A DNA stretch of 64,000 nt from Pseudomonadota bacterium (GTDB taxonomy: Bacteria; Myxococcota; JACRCW01; JAFGSX01): assembly GCA_043821645.1 (NCBI GenBank), contig JBDRCO010000052.1:1-64000 (forward strand), given 5' to 3'. The position numbers were made by a program, and so were the translations under genes. Under the pieces are notes generated by a model. That model had not been told where the DNA came from, searched no databases, and was given only the letters and a program-made list of their open reading frames with translations. This document shows positions 28,201 through 37,449 of this stretch, piece by piece; position 1 is the first letter of the stretch; every line of letters begins with the position of its first letter.

Positions 28201-28887
28201 TCATTCCCGGGCCGGGGCGAGCATGTAGCCGCGACCGCGCACGCTCAGGATGACCGCAGGGGTGGCGGGATCTGGCTCGACGAGCTTGCGGAGCCTGGCC
28301 ACGAAGGTGTCGACCGTTCGCGAGGCCGTGCCCTCCGCATAGCCCCACACCTCCTTGAGGAGTTCGTCCCTGCTGATGGCGCGATCCGGATTATCGACGA
28401 AGTAGCGCGCCAGGGCGGCCTCGCGCATGGTCAGGCGCAGCTCGGCCCCATCGCGCAGGGCCACCTGCCGGTCGAGGTCGAACACGGCGCAACCGAGCGA
28501 GAACTGCCCGCCGCTGGTCGCGCGCTGGTACCACTGCACCTGCTTGAGCTTGCCCGTGACCCGCAGCATCAGCTCGCGAAGGCTGAAGGGCTTGTTCACG
28601 TAATCATCGGCACCCAGGCTCAGGCCAGTGACCCTGTCCTCCTCGCCACCACGGGCGGTGAGCACGATGACCGGAAAGCGCACGTCTTCATCGCGCACGC
28701 GGCGCAAGACATCCAGGCCGTCCATGTCGGGCAGACCCAGGTCCAGGATCATGAGGTCATACTGTGAATAGCAGCTCAGGGCCTCGGCGCCGCTGTCCAC
28801 GCAGCTGACCTCGAGTCCCTCGCGCTCCAGGTTGAAGGACAGGCCGCGCGCCAGGTGCTGTTCATCCTCCACGACGAGTATTCGCAC
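28201..28887 (-). CDS. OmpR/PhoB family response regulator
   Basis: VEDE, ILDLGLP, LTAR and GADDYVNKPF; winged-helix SRTVDTFVARLRK and VRGRGY. Confidence 0.93.
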   Translation of the reverse strand: MRILVVEDEQHLARGLSFNLEREGLEVSCVDSGAEALSCYSQYDLMILDLGLPDMDGLDVLRRVRDEDVRFPVIVLTARGGEEDRVTGLSLGADDYVNKPFSLRELMLRVTGKLKQVQWYQRATSGGQFSLGCAVFDLDRQVALRDGAELRLTMREAALARYFVDNPDRAISRDELLKEVWGYAEGTASRTVDTFVARLRKLVEPDPATPAVILSVRGRGYMLAPARE

Positions 28888-28890
28888 ACT

Positions 28891-29865
28891 TCACTCCGCT
28901 CTTGCTGGGATGTGCTCGGGAAAACTCACGGTCACGATGGCTCCGCGGTCGGGTCCCTCGCTGCGAATGTGGATGTCGCCATGCATCGCGCGCACCAGAC
29001 CCTGCACGATGAACAGGCCGAGTCCGGTACCCGCGACGTCGGTGGTATTGGTGGCGCGCGCGAACATCTTGAAGAGGCTTTTGATGTCGGCGGGCCGGAT
29101 GCCCCGTCCCTGGTCACGGACGGTCAACACACCACGTCCGCGCTCCCCCGTCACGGCGATCTCGATGGATTTCTCCGCTGGGGAGTATCGCAGGGCGTTC
29201 TCGACGAGGTTGTTGAGGACGGTGTCCAGAGCCTCGGCGTTGGCCAGCACGGTCACGGCCCTGGTGGCACGGAGTTCGAGGCGTCGGCCCCGGCGGTCCA
29301 GCTGCAACTCGTGGCGGTTCAGGTAGAGCCGGACCTGATCGGTCAGGTCGAGTGGATGCAGGTCGAGGGAGACACCCCGGCGCTCCAGGCGCGAGGCCTC
29401 CAGGATGGCGTCGATGGACACGGCCAGGCGCTCGACGTTGGCCATGATGATGCGGTTGAATTCCTCGCGCTCGCCGGGGCTCAGGTCGTCGTGGGTCTGC
29501 AGGGTCTCCATGTACAGGCGGATCGCGGCCAGGGGCGTGCGCAGCTCGTGGGTCACCGTCGACACGAAGGCGTGGATGGCGCGGTTCTCACTCCAGTAGC
29601 GGGTGAGTGCCACGCTGATGAAGATGAGGGTCACGAACAGCGCGACCAGCAGGGCCACGCCCCAGACCAGAGAACCCCACTCCTTGCCGAAATTGGCCAC
29701 GCGCACCGCCGCGGCAAGCTCGGCCAGGCGGTCGTTGCGGTCGACCACGTAGAGGATCCAGGCCACCAGGGCGGCGATCCAGATGGCCTGGCTGAGGCTG
29801 ATCCAGACCGCCGGGTGCAGCAGGCGACTTCGGTGCGGACGCAGCGTGCCCCTCGTGCCAGACAT
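28891..29865 (-). CDS. Membrane sensor histidine kinase
   Basis: Two TMs; H-box THELRTPL, N-box NLVENALRY, DQGRGI and GTGLGL. Confidence 0.93.
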   Translation of the reverse strand: MSGTRGTLRPHRSRLLHPAVWISLSQAIWIAALVAWILYVVDRNDRLAELAAAVRVANFGKEWGSLVWGVALLVALFVTLIFISVALTRYWSENRAIHAFVSTVTHELRTPLAAIRLYMETLQTHDDLSPGEREEFNRIIMANVERLAVSIDAILEASRLERRGVSLDLHPLDLTDQVRLYLNRHELQLDRRGRRLELRATRAVTVLANAEALDTVLNNLVENALRYSPAEKSIEIAVTGERGRGVLTVRDQGRGIRPADIKSLFKMFARATNTTDVAGTGLGLFIVQGLVRAMHGDIHIRSEGPDRGAIVTVSFPEHIPARAE

Positions 29866-30045
29866 GGGGCGGCACTATCGCAGAGCTCGAGGAGACGGTC
29901 AAAACGGCTTCGCAAGCGCAGGAGCGGAGCGCGGGACGTTTTGCAGAACTTTCACCGTGGGTGGGTTGGGTCTGTGCCAGCCTTCCCGGTGCGTGCAGAA
30001 CGTCGCGGACCGGCCGCCCGGAGACCGCACCAGGAGAGTGCCGCC

Positions 30046-31689
30046 ATGACCCGAATCCTGCTCAGCTCCGTCTTCGGCCCCTACGGTGTCGACGATGCGT
30101 ATGGCCGAAAAGAGAATGTGATGGAGCTGTTTCACAACCAGGTGACGCGCGAGCAGGGCATGTTCAGCCTGCGCTTTCACCATCCCTCGTTCGGCCTGCA
30201 CCTGCTGGCTGCCAACATCGACGCCGATGTCACGGTGCTCGATTTCCCTTCGCAGCAGCGCTTCGTCGAGGAGATCCGCAAGGGGTATGACTACGTGGGC
30301 CTCTCCTTCATCGCGCCCAACGTGGTCAAGGCACAGCGCATGGCCGAGCTGATCCGCGCGCACGCCCCGGCGTCGAAGATCGTGCTCGGTGGCCACGGTA
30401 CCCGCATCCCGGACATTGCCCAGCGTGTCGACGCCGATCACATCTGCTCTGGCGAGGGTGTGCGCTGGTTGCGCCAGCTCCTGGGTGAGGATCCCGATCG
30501 CCCGATCCGCCACCCCACCATCAAATCCGCTTTGTCCAAGCGAATCCTGGGGCTGCCGCGCCCGGTCGAGGCGGCGGTGCTGATCCCCGGCGTGGGTTGC
30601 CCCAATGCCTGCCGGTTCTGTGCGACCAGCCATTTCTTCGACCGCGCGTACACGGCCTACCTCCCGACGGGCGAGGCGCTGCTTGAGGCCTGCCTGCAGG
30701 TCGAGGCCGAGCTGGGGCTCCACGAGTTCTTCATCATGGACGAGAACTTTCTCAAGTATCGCGAACGCGCCGAGCGCTTCGTCGAGCTGCTCGAGCAGCA
30801 CGGCAAGCGCTACCGCTTCAACATCTTCTCCTCGGCAGAGACCATCCGGGAGGTGGGCATCGACTTCATGGTGCGCATGGGCGTCGAGTTCCTGTGGCTC
30901 GGGGTCGAGAGCAAGCACGAGATCTACGAGAAGAACCGGGGCGTGGACTTTCACGCGCTCATCGCCGAGCTGCGGGATCACGGCATCACGGTCCTGGCCA
31001 GCGGCATCCTGTTCCTCGAGCACCACGACCGCGAGACCTTGCAGCAAGACGTGGACTTCATGGTCTCGCTGAATGCCGACCTCGTGCAGTTTATGCAGCT
31101 TGGCCCCATGCCACAGACTGCGCTGTACAAGAAAGTGCGCGACGAGGGAGTGTTGCTCGATGACGTCCCCTACGAGGAGCGTCACGGCCAGGACCGCATC
31201 TGGTTCAAGCACCCGCACTTCGAGCGTGACGAGACCAAGGACCTGCTCCGCCAGGCCTTCGAGCGCGACTACCAGATCAATGGACCGAGCCTGCTGCGCC
31301 TGTTCGAGACCACGGCGCGAGGCGCCCTGCGCATCCCCGGTGACGACGATGTCGCGCGGCGCGCCCGCGAGGCCTTTGCCCGGCGCTGCGTCGAGTACCG
31401 TCCGGTGCTGCGCTGGATGCGGCGTTTTGCGCCGACACCGCGGGCGGCCGATCAGGCCCGCCACGTCGAAGAGATGTACGCCGAGGTGCTCGGACCCGAG
31501 ACCGTTCGCGACCGCGCTTTGAGCATGGCCGCGCTGCCCTTCGTGATCCGGGAGTGGTTCAACGCACGTACCGGGCGCAACATGTACCAGCCCCCGACCG
31601 TCGTCACCAGCTACCCGCAGCCGCTCCCCGCGAAGCGCCGGCTGGCCGTGGGAAACATGGTGCCCGCCACAGCCAGCATCGGGTCTTGA
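30046..31689 (+). CDS. Cobalamin-binding radical SAM protein
   Basis: N-terminal B12-binding-like region (VGLSF, IVLGGHG, GEG); CPNACRFC cluster motif; DENF; AGGAG RBS. Confidence 0.85.
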   Translation: MTRILLSSVFGPYGVDDAYGRKENVMELFHNQVTREQGMFSLRFHHPSFGLHLLAANIDADVTVLDFPSQQRFVEEIRKGYDYVGLSFIAPNVVKAQRMAELIRAHAPASKIVLGGHGTRIPDIAQRVDADHICSGEGVRWLRQLLGEDPDRPIRHPTIKSALSKRILGLPRPVEAAVLIPGVGCPNACRFCATSHFFDRAYTAYLPTGEALLEACLQVEAELGLHEFFIMDENFLKYRERAERFVELLEQHGKRYRFNIFSSAETIREVGIDFMVRMGVEFLWLGVESKHEIYEKNRGVDFHALIAELRDHGITVLASGILFLEHHDRETLQQDVDFMVSLNADLVQFMQLGPMPQTALYKKVRDEGVLLDDVPYEERHGQDRIWFKHPHFERDETKDLLRQAFERDYQINGPSLLRLFETTARGALRIPGDDDVARRAREAFARRCVEYRPVLRWMRRFAPTPRAADQARHVEEMYAEVLGPETVRDRALSMAALPFVIREWFNARTGRNMYQPPTVVTSYPQPLPAKRRLAVGNMVPATASIGS

Positions 31690-31701
31690 GTTTCCTTCAG
31701 C

Positions 31702-33147
31702 TCATCTCACCCACAGCGCCCGGCTCACCAGGGCGAGCAGCGTGGTCAGCTCCAGCCGCCCAAGAATCATGAGCACGGTCAGGACGAGCTTGCCGGCCGG
31801 TGGCACAAAGGCGTAGTTCTCGATCGATCCCACGCGCCCGAGACCAGGACCTATGTTGCCCAGGGTCGCGGCCACCGAGGTCACGGCGGTGATCAGGTCC
31901 AGGCCCAGTGCGGCCATGCACACGCTTCCGAGCACGAAGAGCATGATGAACAGTCCGAAGAAGGCCAGGATGCCGCGCACCACTCCCTCGGGAATGACGT
32001 GCTCGCCGAGACGCAGTCGCACCACCCCCTGTGGGTGAAAGGTTCGAACCACCTCGGCCCAGGCGGCCTTCCACACCACAACGATGCGCGAGACCTTGAT
32101 GCCTCCAGCGGTGCTGCCCGCGGATGCTCCGACGAACATCAGCGCCACCAGGATGATCTTGCTCATGGCCGGATAGGTGTCGAAGTTGTCGGTGCCGAAG
32201 CCGGTGGTGGTCACGATGGACACCGTCTGAAAGACCGCGGCGCGAATGGTGTCGTGCCAGGAGGCATGGCGCCCCCAGATGTCGACGGTGATGAGCACAC
32301 TGGCCACGGCTGTCAGGGCCAGGTAGGTGCGCAGCTCGACGTCGCGCCGGGCCGGGATCCACCTGCCCCGCAGCACGGCGAAGTAGAGCGAGAAGTTCAC
32401 GCCGGCGGCCAGCATGAAGACCACGATGACCCACTCGGCAGCGGGATTCTGAAAGGCGGCCACGCTGGCATTGCGCGTCGAGAAGCCGCCGGTGGCCATG
32501 GTGGCGAAAGCGTGGTTGACCGCCTCGAAGAGATCCAGTCCACAGGCCCACAGCGCGAGGGTCTCGATGACCGTGAGGCCCAGGTAGATACGCCACAGCA
32601 CGCTGGAGGTCTCGCGGATCTTGGGTCGTAGCCCCTCGGTGATGGGTCCAGGAACCTCGGCGCCGAACAGCCGTCGCGCGCCGACCCCGAGCTGCGGAAA
32701 GATCGCCACGAACAGCACGATGATGCCCATGCCGCCCAGCCAGTGGGTCATCGAGCGCCACAACAGCAGGGCGTGGCTGAGCTTCTCGATGTCGACCAGG
32801 ATGGTGGCGCCCGTCGTGGTGAAGCCCGAAGCCGCTTCGAAGGTCGAATCCACCAGGCTGTCGACGGATCCATCCAGCAAGAAGGGCAAACCACCCAGGA
32901 CCGCGATGGCGATCCAGCTCAGTCCGACCACTGCGACAGCCTCGCGCCTGTAGACCGTGGGCGGCCTGCCCCGCGCCCACCAGCGCAGACCACCGGCGAT
33001 GCCCCCGGTGAGGGCCACGCTGCCCAGGAGTGCCCACAGGCTGTGATGTTCGCCGTACGCTGCCGCCACGGCGGCGGGCACCCCCATGGCCGCCGCGGTG
33101 ATCGCCAGGAGCAAACTCATCAGGTAGGCGACAGTTTTCAGGTGCAC
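31702..33147 (-). CDS. trkH: Trk potassium uptake membrane protein
   Basis: SGFTTTG, WLGGMGI, ATGGF, TTTGF, GSTAGGIK, LGNIGPG and GRLE. Confidence 0.95.
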   Translation of the reverse strand: MHLKTVAYLMSLLLAITAAAMGVPAAVAAAYGEHHSLWALLGSVALTGGIAGGLRWWARGRPPTVYRREAVAVVGLSWIAIAVLGGLPFLLDGSVDSLVDSTFEAASGFTTTGATILVDIEKLSHALLLWRSMTHWLGGMGIIVLFVAIFPQLGVGARRLFGAEVPGPITEGLRPKIRETSSVLWRIYLGLTVIETLALWACGLDLFEAVNHAFATMATGGFSTRNASVAAFQNPAAEWVIVVFMLAAGVNFSLYFAVLRGRWIPARRDVELRTYLALTAVASVLITVDIWGRHASWHDTIRAAVFQTVSIVTTTGFGTDNFDTYPAMSKIILVALMFVGASAGSTAGGIKVSRIVVVWKAAWAEVVRTFHPQGVVRLRLGEHVIPEGVVRGILAFFGLFIMLFVLGSVCMAALGLDLITAVTSVAATLGNIGPGLGRVGSIENYAFVPPAGKLVLTVLMILGRLELTTLLALVSRALWVR

Positions 33148-33156
33148 GCTGCGACC

Positions 33157-34512
33157 TCAGCCTATGAACCAGTGACGCTCACCGAATAGACGGGTCACTT
33201 CGTCACGCACCTTTGGGAGTGCGAATACCACCACCAGATCGTCTGGCTGGATGGCGTCGTCGCCGGAGGGAACGAAGGCGTCGTCGTTGCGGGCCACGGC
33301 GCCGATGATGGCGCCGCGCGGGAAGTCGAGTTTTTTAAGTGGCGTCCCGATGATGCGGCTACGTCCCTGCGCGCGGAATTCCAGCACCTCGCCCTTGCCA
33401 CCTTCGAGCAGAGAGATGCTGACCAGCTCGCTGGGGCGGACATAGCGCAGGATCTGGTTGGCGACGAGGAGCCAGGGGCAGATGGTGGCGTCGATGCCCA
33501 GGCGCCTGTAGATGGCCGTGTACTCGGTCTTTTGCACCAGGGCCACAGTGCGGCGCGCCTTGAGTTGCCGGGCCAGCAGCGTCGATAGCAGGTTCAGGTC
33601 GTCCTCCCGGGTCAGCGCCGCGAACAGGTCGGCGTTCTCGATGCCCTCCTCCTTGAGGAGATCGCCGTCGGTGGCGTCGCCCTGCACCACATTGACCGCG
33701 ACGTCCTCGGCCAGCTGGCTGCACGCCTCCGGGTCCTTGTCGATGACCGTGACCCTGGCCTTTTCACCGCGAAGGCCGCGGATCACGCTGCGCGCCAGCA
33801 TGCCTGCGCCGACCAGGATGATGTGGCGGTTGTCGGCCAGGCGCTTTTTACCAAAAATGGATTCGATCTTCTTGATGACGTCGGTCCGGCCGATGATGAA
33901 GGCCTCGTCGCCCTCGTGGAGCATGTCGTTGCCGGTGGGGATGAGCAGCTCGTCATCTCGCAGCAGGGCTGCGATGAGCGCGCCTCGCGGCAGGCGCAGG
34001 TCCTTGAGTGGTCGCTTGGTCGGCGTCGTGCCCTCCTGGACCGCAAGCTGGATCATCTCGACGCGGTTCTGGGCAAAACGCTCGATGGCCACGGCGCCTC
34101 GCGAGCGCACGACCTGGGTCAGCTCCGCGGCGGTCAGGATCTCGGGGCACACCACCAGATCCACGCCCAGTACGTCGGTCGAGAAGCCAACTGCGAGGTC
34201 CACGTGATCCGGATCGCTGGTGCGCGCCACCGCCGTGCGCACCCCCAGCTGCTTGGCCATGATGGCGCAAAGCAGGTTCACCTCATCATTGTTGCTGACC
34301 GCGATCACTAGGTCGGCGTTCGCCACCCCGACCTCGCGCAGGACCCGGGTCGAGGCCCCGCTTCCAGTGTAGGTCATCACGTCAATGGACTCGGAGATCT
34401 TGGCGATGCGCTCGGCGTCACGATCGATCACAGTGACATCATGGCTCTCGCGCACGAGGTGGCGCGCCACGCTGGTCCCGACCTCCCCGGCGCCGACGAT
34501 GATGATGTTCAT
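33157..34512 (-). CDS. trkA: Trk potassium uptake NAD-binding subunit
   Basis: Duplicated RCK_N/RCK_C with IVGAGEVG; adjacent to trkH. Confidence 0.94.
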   Translation of the reverse strand: MNIIIVGAGEVGTSVARHLVRESHDVTVIDRDAERIAKISESIDVMTYTGSGASTRVLREVGVANADLVIAVSNNDEVNLLCAIMAKQLGVRTAVARTSDPDHVDLAVGFSTDVLGVDLVVCPEILTAAELTQVVRSRGAVAIERFAQNRVEMIQLAVQEGTTPTKRPLKDLRLPRGALIAALLRDDELLIPTGNDMLHEGDEAFIIGRTDVIKKIESIFGKKRLADNRHIILVGAGMLARSVIRGLRGEKARVTVIDKDPEACSQLAEDVAVNVVQGDATDGDLLKEEGIENADLFAALTREDDLNLLSTLLARQLKARRTVALVQKTEYTAIYRRLGIDATICPWLLVANQILRYVRPSELVSISLLEGGKGEVLEFRAQGRSRIIGTPLKKLDFPRGAIIGAVARNDDAFVPSGDDAIQPDDLVVVFALPKVRDEVTRLFGERHWFIG

Positions 34513-34630
34513 GGGCGCGCTTTATAGCCCGGGTCGGTGGACCCGTCGAGCCGCGTGGTGGCGCCCATCGCTCGCGTTGTCAAGCGCCAGGGCCTCTGCT
34601 AGGGAACAGGTTCCTTTCGCCGAGGTCCAC

Positions 34631-35275
34631 ATGGGTCAGCTCATCGATCGCGAGAACTTCGAACGCGGCATTCGTCGCAGCCAGTTCCTGGTCAAGACAG
34701 GGCAGGTGCTCAGCCCGGCAGCACTGGAGCTCGCGCGAGAACGTGGCATCGAGATCGTGCGCGAGGGCACCGGACGGCAATTGATGCCGAGGCAGGCCCA
34801 GGAGATCGAAAGCCTCAGCGAGCGCATCCTCAAGCGTTTCGTCGAAGCCGGCATGACACCGGGACCCGAGCTCATCGACGCCGTCGCTGCCGAGGTGGCA
34901 GCCATCGCCCGGGGAGACAAACCTGCCGAGGTTCCCGGGACGCATCAGGATAGCCAGATGGCCGGCTGCTTGACCTGTGGTGCGCAGCGTGTGGAATCCG
35001 GGCGCGAGCGTGTGGTGGTCACGTCGGCGGGGCGCAACACCTTTGGCATCGTGGCGGGGCTCGCCTCGGCCATCGCCGAAGCTCAGGCTGACATCCTTGA
35101 CCTGTCACAGACCCTGGTCGGCGACTACTTCACGATGATCATCGTCGTCGATATCGCACATGCCAGTCAGCCCTTCGAAGGTTTTCGCGAACGCCTGGCG
35201 GCGGTGGGTGCGCGCCTCGGCGTGCATGTCGCGGTGATGCACGACGAACTGTTGAGGTCCATGCACCGTGTCTGA
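34631..35275 (+). CDS. ACT-domain protein (UPF0237-like) with ~120-aa N-terminal extension
   Basis: C-terminal VVVT..GRN..GIVA, DILDLSQTL...YFTMI and MHRV end typical of UPF0237; GAGG RBS before ATG 34631. Confidence 0.8.
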   Translation: MGQLIDRENFERGIRRSQFLVKTGQVLSPAALELARERGIEIVREGTGRQLMPRQAQEIESLSERILKRFVEAGMTPGPELIDAVAAEVAAIARGDKPAEVPGTHQDSQMAGCLTCGAQRVESGRERVVVTSAGRNTFGIVAGLASAIAEAQADILDLSQTLVGDYFTMIIVVDIAHASQPFEGFRERLAAVGARLGVHVAVMHDELLRSMHRV

Positions 35276-35690
35276 GCGAGCCGCTCGCCGCATCCGGCCT
35301 GCCCTTCTCGGTGCCGTGCTCCTGGGGTCCAGCCTGACAGCCTGCGACGGTGACACCGTGGCCGAACTACAGGGGCGCTGGGTCGCCGAGCGCGTGCTGT
35401 ACGACGTGGCCGGAGGGGATGCATTCAAGGCTGTCAGCGACCGCCTGGGTGACATCGCCCTGGCCTTCGAGGGAGACCGCGTCGAGCTCTCCTTTCTGGG
35501 CACGCACTCCACGCACGAGTTCTCGGTCGAGAAACGCTGGCGTGGGGATCACGTTCTGCACCTCTACCAGGTGGGGTCGCTCCGCTTCGTCGATCTCAAG
35601 ATCGCGTTAATTAAGGGTGGGCGCCTGCGGGTCGACCTGCCAGGCCCAGAGGGATCCCGGATCACTGGCTTCGTGTACCGCCGACCATGA
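35268..35690 (+). CDS. Small hypothetical lipoprotein (lipocalin-like beta fold possible)
   Basis: Lipobox LTAC, L.G.W motif, overlaps the ACT gene stop. Confidence 0.55.
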   Translation: MSERAARRIRPALLGAVLLGSSLTACDGDTVAELQGRWVAERVLYDVAGGDAFKAVSDRLGDIALAFEGDRVELSFLGTHSTHEFSVEKRWRGDHVLHLYQVGSLRFVDLKIALIKGGRLRVDLPGPEGSRITGFVYRRP

Positions 35691-35700
35691 GCAGCTCCCG

Positions 35701-37449
35701 CTAGCTTACACGCTGAACGCTGGCCCGCTCGAAGGTCGCCAGGTCCGCGAACAGGGGCGCAAAGCCACCGCTGTTCGCCTCGGCGAGCGGAAACAGCAGG
35801 CGTGCCCGGGATACGGCCTGGAGTTCCTCGACAAGAGCGCGATGGGCGAGCAGGGCCCCGGTCCCTGGCGCGAAGAGTGCCCGCAGCCCCATGACATGAC
35901 TGTGGAAGCGCAGGATGCCCAGTTCTCCGGTGGTCCGGCGCACGTAGATGTCGGTGATCACCACGTTCTCGCGCTGCTCGTAGCCCAGCGTCAGCTCGGC
36001 CACGATACCCAGGGCAATGGCGACGACGTTCTCCAGGGGCAACACAAAGGCTGCCACGCCCTCGCCAGTACACAGCAGGCCCGCCGGGTCACGTCCGATG
36101 AAGCTGCAGCAGCGCACCTGCGGCAACACATGATCCGGACCCGGGGGGGGCGGCACGATGGCCTTCGAGCCAGGCAAGGGGGACCCGGTGACGACGGGCG
36201 CTGCCTGTAGCGTGCCATAGAGCGAGGCCAGGTGGGGATCTGCCTGGACCAGGGCCGTGGCAATGCGCGGTCGAACCGAGGCCAGATCGAGATGATCGCG
36301 GTACTGGAACAGGTAGTCGCTGACCGCACCCGAGTCGTCCAGTCCAATGCAACGATCGAGCAGCCACTCGAACCAGCGCGTGGCGTCGCTTCGATCGTCC
36401 GCGGCGAGGGCGGTGTCGATGAGACCCAGGGCGGCGGCGACGTTTCGCTGATCGCGATGCAGTGCGTCGTGGAAAGCCAGGCGCGCGGTGCCAAGTTCAC
36501 CATGGGCCAGGGCCTCGCGTCCGCGCACCACCGAGGGATCCTCCGGCGACACCTCGAGGGCGGCGGCGAGCGCGGCGGCGGGTCCCAGGCGCTGCTCCAG
36601 GCCGGTTCGCGCCACCACGATCGCGAACAGCGCCCCGAAGCCAAAGCCACCCACGTGGGCGGCAAATGCCACGTTGCTCTGCTCTCCGCGAAACAGCAGG
36701 TACAGGACGTCCTGGCCAAAGAAGAACACGCCCCAGACCCAGGCCGGCAGGCTGAACGAACCCGCACGGATCAGGATCCAGTAAAAGAACCGGACCCGGC
36801 GCCGCGCGAAGCGAAAGCAGAAAGCACCCACGCAGGCCGAGATGGCTCCCGATGCGCCGATGAGGGGCAGACCCGGCGAGGGCGTCATCGCCGCGTGGAG
36901 TCCGCCCGCCGCCACACCACCGAGGAGGTAGAGCAGAGCGAACAGCAGGATCCCCCACACCTCCTCGAGAAACGGCCCGGCCACGAGGGCAAACAGCACC
37001 ATGTTGCCCACGAGATGCCACACGTCGGCATGCACGAAGAGGTGGCTGACCCAGCCGACCTGCAGCAGACCTTCGGCAGGGATCAGCCCCCAGCGCCGGG
37101 CGTTCTGATCCATCGAACGCCTCAGCACCTGGCATCGCGCGTCGAGGAGCTGTTGCTCGTCGCGTTGCAGCGTTGGTCCCGGAGATTCGGCACGGGCGTG
37201 CAGCGTCTCCACCCGATCGCGCAGGTGCGCGGGCAGCATGGCACTCACGTCGTCGGGGAGATCGAGGTACTGCCGCTGGTCCCAGTAGCCAAGGATCTCC
37301 TCGAGCTGCGAGGAGGCCACCCGGGGGTCCGCATCGCCCTGCCGGAGGGCGCCCCCGACATGCACCAGCACGCTCACCAGCAGCACGATGATGGAGACCA
37401 GAGGTATACGTCGCAGCCACCCGTCGTCGAGGCCGTAGGGGAAGATCAT
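35701..37449 (-). CDS. Rhomboid family intramembrane serine protease with C-terminal TPR/soluble domain
   Basis: HLFVHADVWHLVGNM, catalytic GASG and AHVGG; ATG 37449 overlaps the upstream stop. Confidence 0.88.
   Translation of the reverse strand: MIFPYGLDDGWLRRIPLVSIIVLLVSVLVHVGGALRQGDADPRVASSQLEEILGYWDQRQYLDLPDDVSAMLPAHLRDRVETLHARAESPGPTLQRDEQQLLDARCQVLRRSMDQNARRWGLIPAEGLLQVGWVSHLFVHADVWHLVGNMVLFALVAGPFLEEVWGILLFALLYLLGGVAAGGLHAAMTPSPGLPLIGASGAISACVGAFCFRFARRRVRFFYWILIRAGSFSLPAWVWGVFFFGQDVLYLLFRGEQSNVAFAAHVGGFGFGALFAIVVARTGLEQRLGPAAALAAALEVSPEDPSVVRGREALAHGELGTARLAFHDALHRDQRNVAAALGLIDTALAADDRSDATRWFEWLLDRCIGLDDSGAVSDYLFQYRDHLDLASVRPRIATALVQADPHLASLYGTLQAAPVVTGSPLPGSKAIVPPPPGPDHVLPQVRCCSFIGRDPAGLLCTGEGVAAFVLPLENVVAIALGIVAELTLGYEQRENVVITDIYVRRTTGELGILRFHSHVMGLRALFAPGTGALLAHRALVEELQAVSRARLLFPLAEANSGGFAPLFADLATFERASVQRVS

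Noticed and set aside
28855-30045. N-terminal extensions of ORF-track calls (944-aa radical SAM; also starts at 14931, 19016, 34385, 38520, 45818)
   Set aside because: The extensions overlap other genes or promoters; RBS position and domain boundaries support downstream starts.
36143-36150. G8 tract in the rhomboid gene as a phase-variation site
   Set aside because: It encodes an in-frame poly-Pro linker and the ORF is intact.
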